From assembly GCA_964534305.1 (NCBI GenBank), contig CAZHPR010000002.1:27986-91985 (forward strand): a stretch of 64,000 bases of DNA, in the 5' to 3' direction. The notes below the pieces were generated by a model that had not been told where the DNA came from, did no database searches, and saw nothing but the letters and a program-made list of their open reading frames with translations. Below, piece by piece: positions 57,089 through 64,000 of this stretch (position 1 is its first letter; each line of letters opens with the position of its first letter). The position numbers and the translations under genes were made by a program. This DNA is from an uncultured Candidatus Saccharibacteria bacterium (GTDB lineage Bacteria; Patescibacteriota; Minisyncoccia; Phycocordibacterales; WO2-35-19).

Positions 57089-57101
57089 AACAATTAATGG
57101 A

Positions 57102-57815
57102 TTAAATTTTTACAGTCTTTTGATTGCTTACAAATTCATACCACGGTCCAGCCAAAAATCCCCAAGTAAATCCCCAAATCATCTCTGTCAAAGGGATGTC
57201 TACTATTCGTATATCTAGTCTTGAGTTGTATAGTAACCAGCCTTTTGATAATAGTTCTTCACTGTTAGCAACGAAATTGTATAGGAATATATAACATACA
57301 AACATAACCAACATTACTCCAAATCCGCTACCAACAGCATTAATAAATAGATCATGCCTTATTATGATAATAACCAAAGCTGTAATTCCAAAGGCTATTG
57401 CGGAAGCATATATTGAATTTAAACCCAATTTTAATGATATCAAAAGGAAAATAGTAAAAGTTAACGCTAAATATATAGATTTGACAGCATGTTTTGAATT
57501 TTTTGAAAACTTAGAAAGTTTTTTCCTAAATAATATCTCATAAACTATCGCTGATATTCCTCCGATAGAAAATCCAAAAATAATATCTTCTACCATTAAA
57601 GGGAATTTGCCTATAAAAATAGGAAAAATACTTTCAGGAAGCCAGTAATCTCTAAAATATATTATTTCACTAAATGGGCCTAATATTGCTGCTATATAGC
57701 TCATTCTGAGTTGTTCTTTTCGGGTGTCTTTTCTAATAAGAAAGAGCAGTATCCATACTAAAATAAATGGAATTGTTAGAACTATATACCCATACTGAAA
57801 GGGTAGATTAATCAC
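57102..57815 (-). CDS. Polytopic membrane protein (lycopene-cyclase-domain-like repeats)
   Basis: DYW.P, P..ED..F, IP..E..W; very AT-rich; GTG start. Confidence 0.6.
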   Translation of the reverse strand: MINLPFQYGYIVLTIPFILVWILLFLIRKDTRKEQLRMSYIAAILGPFSEIIYFRDYWLPESIFPIFIGKFPLMVEDIIFGFSIGGISAIVYEILFRKKLSKFSKNSKHAVKSIYLALTFTIFLLISLKLGLNSIYASAIAFGITALVIIIIRHDLFINAVGSGFGVMLVMFVCYIFLYNFVANSEELLSKGWLLYNSRLDIRIVDIPLTEMIWGFTWGFLAGPWYEFVSNQKTVKI

Positions 57816-57887
57816 TGTTTTATTTTATCATACTAAATTAACCTTTTATATTTATTCAAAATAATTTTATGGTAATATGGTTTGGTA

Positions 57888-58913
57888 ATGAATAGCAATT
57901 CAAATTTTTATCAGAATTCAATATTTTGGGTTGAGGTAGATAAGATAAAGCCAAACCCTTTTCAACCAAGGCGAGAGTTTGATCCTGTTGCGCTGCAAGC
58001 TCTGGCCGACTCTATAAAACAGTATGGGGTACTTCAGGCCTTAGTTGTAACTCGCAAAGAATTTCAAAAAGAGGATGGTCTTGGGGTAGAATACGAACTG
58101 ATTGCTGGAGAAAGAAGACTCCGCGCCTCAAAGCTTGCTGGCCTTTCTCAGGTGCCGGTGCTTATAAGGATGGGTGATGATAACAAAGCAGATGATGACC
58201 TAATGAAATTGGAGCTAGCAATAATAGAAAATGTCCAAAGAGAAGATCTAAATCCGGTAGAGAGAGCTAGAGCTTTCAAAAAGCTAGCAGATGAATTTGG
58301 TTTTAAACACCATCAGATTGCACAAAAGATAGGCAAGAGCAGAGTCTATGTGACTAACACAATGCGCATTTTGGACTTGCCGGAAGAGATGCTCACCGCC
58401 CTTTCTGAAGGCAAGATAACAGAAGGACACACAAGACCACTCCTTATGCTTATAGAAAGACCTGAGGAACAAAAAGTTTTGTTCAAAGATATCTTGCTTC
58501 ACAAGATGAATGTACGTGATGCAGAGACTGCTGCAAGGAAGATTGCAATAGAAAGGGTAAGACGATTCAAATCAGATATTGACCCGACAATCTCCGCTTT
58601 TGAAGAGAAGTTTACAGAAAGTTTGGGTACCAGAGTTCAAATAGAAAAGAGAGACAATGGCGGCAAATTGATGATTGAGTTCTTTTCTTATGATGATTTG
58701 GAAGATTTGTTAAAACAGCTTAAGGGCGAGATTTCTAATGCTGTAGAAAGTGCCAACAGCGCTCAAACTCCTGATACCGCGCCAGAACAAAATCCAATTG
58801 ACGATAGGATGCCAGAGGACGTAAAGAAGCTTGAAGATACCCCGATACCAACAGAAGAAGAGGTTGCAAACTCAGACGATGATCTATATTCAATAAAAAA
58901 TTTCAGTATCTAG
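57888..58913 (+). CDS. parB: ParB/Spo0J partition protein
   Basis: PNP.QPR..F, IAGERR.RA, ENVQREDLNP.E.A, HTH, GH.R.LL. Confidence 0.95.
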   Translation: MNSNSNFYQNSIFWVEVDKIKPNPFQPRREFDPVALQALADSIKQYGVLQALVVTRKEFQKEDGLGVEYELIAGERRLRASKLAGLSQVPVLIRMGDDNKADDDLMKLELAIIENVQREDLNPVERARAFKKLADEFGFKHHQIAQKIGKSRVYVTNTMRILDLPEEMLTALSEGKITEGHTRPLLMLIERPEEQKVLFKDILLHKMNVRDAETAARKIAIERVRRFKSDIDPTISAFEEKFTESLGTRVQIEKRDNGGKLMIEFFSYDDLEDLLKQLKGEISNAVESANSAQTPDTAPEQNPIDDRMPEDVKKLEDTPIPTEEEVANSDDDLYSIKNFSI

Positions 58914-60298
58914 ACCAAATTCCTTATATGCTTTCTGGCAAGGCTCGTTTTTACATAATCGAGCCATTTGCGCTTTGGCTTTGCGTTTTTGTTGGTGATT
59001 ATCTCTACAATATCTCCACTCTTTAATTCTGTTTCTAGAGATGACATTTTGTTGTTTATCTTTGCTCCGGCGGTATGATTGCCTATGTCTGAATGTATCG
59101 CATAAGCAAAATCAAGCACCGAAGAACCCAGAGGCAGATCTACGACGTCTCCTTTTGGTGTAAATACAAAAATCTTGTCACTCAGAAGTTCTTCTTTCAT
59201 TTCTCTCAGACTGTTTTCTGTCATATTCCTTATCCAAGAAAAAACTTCTTTTTTATTTTTGTTTTGAGTTTTGTATATAATATGTGAAGCGACTCCGTAT
59301 TCAGCTTCCTTGTGCATGTCTTCTGTCCTTATTTGTACCTCAACGATATCACCATTACCGGTAAAGACCGTAGTGTGCAAGCTTTGGTAGCCGTTTTTCT
59401 TTGGAAAGGCTATATAATCTTTTATCCTGCCGGGCATTGGTTTCCAGTTTGAGTGAATAACACCAAGTAGTTTGTAACACTCGGACTGATCTTTTATTGT
59501 TATCCTGATTGCGAGGATATCGTATATTCGGTCAAAGTCTTTTTTGTTTTTTATATATTTTTTATAAAGACTATAGGTACCTTTTACCCTATAATCAATT
59601 TTGAAATCTTTGAATCCAGATTTTACCAACTCTTTTGCAACTGATCTTCTAAATTTGTCTAGTGATTCAAGCCTTTCTTTTTCTCCTATCTTTAGTAGTG
59701 ATGTTATTTCATCGAAGCCTTCTTTGTTGACGTATGGGAATGAGAGATCCTCTAGCTCTCTAGATAATTTTCTTATTCCAAGTCTGTAAGCAATAGGGGC
59801 GTATATTTCTAAAGTTTCCATCGCTATCCGGTGTTGCTTTTCTTTTGGGACAAACTCAAGTGTCCTCATGTTGTGTAGTCTGTCGCAGAGCTTTACTATC
59901 AGAACTCTGATATCTTCTCCGGTAGCTATAAGTAATTTGCGTAGAGATTCGTTGTGTTTGTCAGCACCATGATAGCGCAAGGTTCCTATTTTTGTAACTC
60001 CTTCAACAATAAACCTTATTTCTTCCCCAAACTCTTTTTCCAGATCTTCTTTTTTTGTCTCTGTGTCTTCGAGTACATCATGCAAAAAACCAGCAGCTAC
60101 CGCCTTGCTGTCCATACCAAGTTCTGCAATATTTTTTGCTGTTTCAAATAGGTGATAGTAGTAAGGCTCTCCACTGTTTCTCTTTTGGTCACCGTGAGCT
60201 GTTTTTGCAAAATTATAAGCCTTTTCCAAGAGAAATTTCTCTTCGGGGGTGATATTTTTTATGATAGAAATTATGTTTTGAATATCGTATTTCTCCAT
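58910..60298 (-). CDS. RelA/SpoT homolog (HD, synthetase and TGS domains)
   Basis: H..Q.R.SGEPY..H, LHDV.EDT, DRLHNMRT, R.K, KDYIA.PK.NGYQSLHT, EVQIRT, DFAYAIH. Confidence 0.95.
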   Translation of the reverse strand: MEKYDIQNIISIIKNITPEEKFLLEKAYNFAKTAHGDQKRNSGEPYYYHLFETAKNIAELGMDSKAVAAGFLHDVLEDTETKKEDLEKEFGEEIRFIVEGVTKIGTLRYHGADKHNESLRKLLIATGEDIRVLIVKLCDRLHNMRTLEFVPKEKQHRIAMETLEIYAPIAYRLGIRKLSRELEDLSFPYVNKEGFDEITSLLKIGEKERLESLDKFRRSVAKELVKSGFKDFKIDYRVKGTYSLYKKYIKNKKDFDRIYDILAIRITIKDQSECYKLLGVIHSNWKPMPGRIKDYIAFPKKNGYQSLHTTVFTGNGDIVEVQIRTEDMHKEAEYGVASHIIYKTQNKNKKEVFSWIRNMTENSLREMKEELLSDKIFVFTPKGDVVDLPLGSSVLDFAYAIHSDIGNHTAGAKINNKMSSLETELKSGDIVEIITNKNAKPKRKWLDYVKTSLARKHIRNLV

Positions 60299-60347
60299 AA
60301 AAGAATAATACAACAAAAAACAATTTTTTCAATATTCTGAATTATAT

Positions 60348-62531
60348 CTATTCAGTCTTCTTTTTTCTCCTTGCAAACCTACTTTTCTTTGGCTCTTTGA
60401 GTATCTCTAGGGCTCTTTCAAGCGTTATGGTGTAAACATTATCTTCTTTTATAGAACGAAAATCATCTTGATGAACGATGTATGGACCAAACCTACCTAT
60501 GTTTGCGGTAATCATTTCTCCAGTTTCTGGATGCTTACCCAATTCTCTCGGTAGGCTAAGGTAATGTAGAGCATCTTCAAGAGTTACTTCATTTGGATCC
60601 TTATCTTTGGGTATACTAGCTCTCCTTGGCTTTTTGTTTTTATCATCTTTGTTGCCGACTTGTACATACGGACCAAACCTGCCGTCCATTACAAATATTG
60701 GCATACGAGTAGCCGGGTCTTCTCCTATCGGCTCTGCTTCTTTTATCTCTTCTCCATTTATATTTCTCATCCCCTTACATTCTGGAAATTTTTCACAAGA
60801 AAGAAATTTGCCACCACGTCCGAGTTTTACAACCATACCACTTCCACAAAGAGGACATTTGTAATCCTTGTCTGCTTCTCCTAGGGTTGTTAGCTTGTCT
60901 ATTTTTTCTTTTGATTTTACTTCCTTTAGGAATGGCGTATAGAATTCTTTTAAAGTTTTTATATACTCTGCTTTGCCTTCAGCTATTTTGTCTAGCTGGT
61001 CTTCCATTTCTGCGGTAAAGTTGTCGCTTATGTACGACTCAAAATTGTTTTCTAAGAAAGTGGAGACAACATCTCCAGTGTCGGTCGGTACCAAAGCCTT
61101 ATTGTCTTTTATCACATATTCTCTATCTACCAACGTTTTTATAATTGATGCATAAGTAGAAGGTCTGCCGATGCCTCTCTTTTCTAACTCCTTGACTAGA
61201 CCCGCTTCAGAGTACCTGTTTGGTGGCTGTGTTTGTTTGCCCTCACTTTCTATTTTTTTCAAAGTTAAGGTATCTCCCTTTTCTGTCTTTGGTAGTTCTA
61301 CATCTTCTCCTCTAGCTCGTGGATCTGCTTTGAGCCAACCTTCATAAATAACCCTCTGGCCGTTTGAAGAAAAGTTCGGTATACCTTCGTCTTCTATATT
61401 TGCTTCTATCTTGGTGCGTAGCATTGTTGCGTCCTTCATCTGGCTAGCAACAGTCCTCGCCCAGATAAGATTGTAAAGTTTTTTTTGCTCCTCGGTATGT
61501 CCTAGGGATTCTTTGTTCAAATTTGTTGGTCTTATCGCTTCATGCGCTTCTTGGGCGTTTTTTGCTTTTTTTGAAAATAGTCTTACTTGAAAAAGATTTG
61601 GTCCATATTTGCTCTCTACGACATTTCGTATTTGACCAATTGCATTTTGTGAAAGGTTTGTTGAATCCGTACGCATATAAGTTATGTAGCCGGCCTCGTA
61701 TAATTTTTGGGCAATACCCATAGTTCTAGAAGGTGAAAATCCTAATCTAGAAGAGGCTGCTTGTTGCAATGTTGATGTTATAAAAGGTGGGCGAGGCGAT
61801 CTCTTTACTTCCGTTTCTGTGATGTCGACAATTTTCCATTTACCAGCCTTTCCTTTTTCTACAATTCTCTCTGCCTCAACCGCTGTCTTTGGTTCTTCGT
61901 TGCAGACAAAGGGCATCTCTACATTTGCTTTGTTTGAAAGGTTTGCGGTAATTACCCAAAAATCTTCTGGTTTGAAATTTCTTATTTCTCTTTCTCTTTC
62001 CATTATTATTCGCAAAGCGGGGGATTGTACTCTGCCGGCGGAGAGTCCGTATCTTACCTTTTTCCAAATAAGGCCCGAGAGATCGTAGCCGACTAGTCGG
62101 TCCAAAACTCTTCTCGCTTCTTGCGCCTCCTTTAGATTCTCATCAATTTTTCTTGGGTGCTTCAGTGCTTCTTCTATCGCTTCTTTTGTAATCTCGTGAT
62201 AGGTGACTCTCTTTATCTTTGATTTGTCTACGCCGCCCCTTATAAGTTCAGAAAGGTGCCAGGCGATGGCTTCTCCTTCTCTGTCGGGGTCGGTTGCAAG
62301 CAATACTTCGTCGGCTTTCTTTGCGAGTGACTTTATTTCTTCTACCACTCTTTCCTTGCCTTTGCTTATTTCATAGTGCGGGATGAAGCCCCCTTCTATA
62401 TCTATCGCTTTCTTGTTGCTCTTGGGCAAATCTCTTATATGCCCAACAGAGGCGACCACTTTATAATCGCCTCCCAAGTATTTTGAAATTGTTTTTGATT
62501 TTGCAGGGGACTCTACGATTAATAGACGCAT
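60348..62531 (-). CDS. topA: DNA topoisomerase I
   Basis: IVESPAK, ATDPDREGE, SAGRVQ, ITYMRTDS, AHEAIRPT, GIGRPSTY. Confidence 0.98.
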   Translation of the reverse strand: MRLLIVESPAKSKTISKYLGGDYKVVASVGHIRDLPKSNKKAIDIEGGFIPHYEISKGKERVVEEIKSLAKKADEVLLATDPDREGEAIAWHLSELIRGGVDKSKIKRVTYHEITKEAIEEALKHPRKIDENLKEAQEARRVLDRLVGYDLSGLIWKKVRYGLSAGRVQSPALRIIMEREREIRNFKPEDFWVITANLSNKANVEMPFVCNEEPKTAVEAERIVEKGKAGKWKIVDITETEVKRSPRPPFITSTLQQAASSRLGFSPSRTMGIAQKLYEAGYITYMRTDSTNLSQNAIGQIRNVVESKYGPNLFQVRLFSKKAKNAQEAHEAIRPTNLNKESLGHTEEQKKLYNLIWARTVASQMKDATMLRTKIEANIEDEGIPNFSSNGQRVIYEGWLKADPRARGEDVELPKTEKGDTLTLKKIESEGKQTQPPNRYSEAGLVKELEKRGIGRPSTYASIIKTLVDREYVIKDNKALVPTDTGDVVSTFLENNFESYISDNFTAEMEDQLDKIAEGKAEYIKTLKEFYTPFLKEVKSKEKIDKLTTLGEADKDYKCPLCGSGMVVKLGRGGKFLSCEKFPECKGMRNINGEEIKEAEPIGEDPATRMPIFVMDGRFGPYVQVGNKDDKNKKPRRASIPKDKDPNEVTLEDALHYLSLPRELGKHPETGEMITANIGRFGPYIVHQDDFRSIKEDNVYTITLERALEILKEPKKSRFARRKKKTE

Positions 62532-62622
62532 GGGTTAAAAATTAAAAGTTATGGATTTAAGAATAAAGAATAAAACCAAAAATTGCAAAAACTTCTCCTC
62601 ACACTCTCTACTTATAGTGGTG

Positions 62623-62678
62623 TGCCAAGGGGCGCCCTTGGCAGATGGTGACGGGGGTGTCAAAGGGCGCCTTTGACA
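62623..62678. repeat. Pair of 21-bp REP-like palindromes
   Basis: TGCCAAGGG-GCG-CCCTTGGCA and TGTCAAAGG-GCG-CCTTTGACA. Confidence 0.85.
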
Positions 62679-62777
62679 TATGCGAGGGGAGACACGGGCG
62701 GGATAAATCAAAAGGCTCCGGGGCTGTGAGTGGGTATCTCTACCACACATCACAACTCCGGAGCTGTAGTCCGAGAA

Positions 62778-62999
62778 TCATTGATTCTTCTTCATCTCGG
62801 CGTGAAGGTCGTTGCATCCTCTTAGCGACCCGTGGCCGCCAAGGGAGGTTCTCGCGTCGCACTCGGCGACAGCAATACCTCTCCTGACTTCACTCACAAT
62901 TTTGTTGGCGGCCTCGACCATCAGGGGGACGGCATTAATTAATCCCCACCAGATAATCAAGGAAAAAAATACCAGAGGAACTATTGGGTGTTTCAACAT
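62778..62999 (-). CDS. 73-aa single-TM protein with a Cys pair
   Basis: AAGGAG SD; MLKHPIVPLVFFSLIIWWG... Confidence 0.55.
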   Translation of the reverse strand: MLKHPIVPLVFFSLIIWWGLINAVPLMVEAANKIVSEVRRGIAVAECDARTSLGGHGSLRGCNDLHAEMKKNQ

Positions 63000-63092
63000 A
63001 CTCCTTATATTAAAACATATTTGTATGTAAAAAGCAAAAGGCCCTGGGTGCTCGTAGTGAGCTCCCAAGGGCCTTGGTTTCCAAGACGATGC

Positions 63093-63230
63093 CTATGGCA
63101 TCGTCTTGATCAGAGCGAAGAGGGGCGCGAAGCCCGTCTCCGCAATCTTTTTTACTGCGGGGTCCATGATGGTCCCGGCAGCGATGGCAGCAAGTGCCCA
63201 CATCGCCGCCAAAGTAACGAGTCTGCTCAT
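63093..63230 (-). CDS. 45-aa hydrophobic small protein (not in ORF track)
   Basis: TTGCAA-17-TATAAT promoter, AGGAGG SD, hairpin 63037-63075; MSRLVTLAAMWALAAIAAGTIMDPAVKKIAETGFAPLFALIKTMP. Confidence 0.65.
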   Translation of the reverse strand: MSRLVTLAAMWALAAIAAGTIMDPAVKKIAETGFAPLFALIKTMP

Positions 63231-63317
63231 GCCGTCCTCCTGCTATATATTATAGCATACTCTTATAAAAATTGCAATATATCAGCCGATGAGGTGGGGT
63301 GGAAAATGTTCAGGTCG

Positions 63318-64000
63318 TCAAACAAGCCTTATTTCACCGAGCTTTTCTTCTATCAGGCCTTTTATTTCTAGGAGGGTGAGGAGGGTCTGGATTTCGGATA
63401 CGGGTAATTGCGCTGAGGCGGTGCGGATAAGCAAGTCTCTCTCCATGGGGGTTTCTAGTATCTTTATCAAAAATATTTCTTTCTCACTACACTCACTATA
63501 TTTGTTATTTATGTCTTTATCTTGAATCTTTAATCTTACATCGTAATTCATATCCAAGGTGCTTATATGTAATGCCTCGAGGATATCGTCGGAGTTTCTG
63601 ATCGGTGTTGCCCCGAGTTTGAGAAGCAGGTGTGGCCCGTCTGAATTGGGAGAAAATATTGAACCAGGAACTACGAGCACATCTCGGTTGTACCCCGTGG
63701 CAAGCTTGGCGGTGATGAGGGTTCCTGATTTTGTCTCTGCCTCTACGATGAGCACTGCGTGGCACATCCCAGCCATTATCCTATTGCGTTGTGGAAAGCT
63801 CCACTGCGTTGCTTTAAAATCATTTTCGTATTCTGAGATAAGCGTCCCACCACTTCCGACGATTTCTTCTGCAAGGGAGACGTGTGTTGATGGGTGTAGG
63901 GCCACAGGCGAGAGTCCTGATCCGGGGACAGCAATCGTTGGCAATTTATTTTTGATAGCGGCTCTGTGAGAGAGCGAGTCGATGCCGAGCGCAAGCCCAG
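63318..64000 (-). CDS. dprA: DNA-processing protein DprA (5' part outside window)
   Basis: GLALGID..H.AA in frame upstream, TIAV.GSG, FPQRNRI, SGTLITA, VPGSI; next to topA. Confidence 0.95.
   Translation of the reverse strand, partial: GLALGIDSLSHRAAIKNKLPTIAVPGSGLSPVALHPSTHVSLAEEIVGSGGTLISEYENDFKATQWSFPQRNRIMAGMCHAVLIVEAETKSGTLITAKLATGYNRDVLVVPGSIFSPNSDGPHLLLKLGATPIRNSDDILEALHISTLDMNYDVRLKIQDKDINNKYSECSEKEIFLIKILETPMERDLLIRTASAQLPVSEIQTLLTLLEIKGLIEEKLGEIRLV

Overview
AT-rich bacterial chromosomal window in the standard code (TGA is used as a stop). Gene style points to Patescibacteria/CPR, probably Parcubacteria (inference from short IF2 and ValRS, an array of VirB2/TrbC-like pilins, tRNAs mostly without encoded CCA, and mostly SD-less or leaderless genes). 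Core genes: pyrG, rnj, secG, groES/groEL, valS, tsaD, gyrA, rbfA, infB, iscS, clpB, murC, murD, rpmG, miaA, parB, rel, topA, dprA, RNase P RNA and 10 tRNAs. No CRISPR array, transposase or integrase was seen. The most notable signals are non-coding or sub-genic. (1) Two ~155-bp elements sit at different tRNA genes and share a structured core, but their arms are copied from the T-arm of the neighbouring tRNA. (2) Three GC-rich promoter-to-terminator units look like orphan ncRNAs; one shows CCCTCC (anti-Shine-Dalgarno) in two loops, in a window where only the accessory genes carry strong GGAGG sites. (3) Palindromic and heptamer repeats are inserted in frame into housekeeping genes (tsaD, miaA, murC, dprA). 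(4) Small gene cassettes are flanked by repeats. (5) Seven pilin-like genes lie in tandem. All functional calls come from motif recognition by eye; no database search was run.
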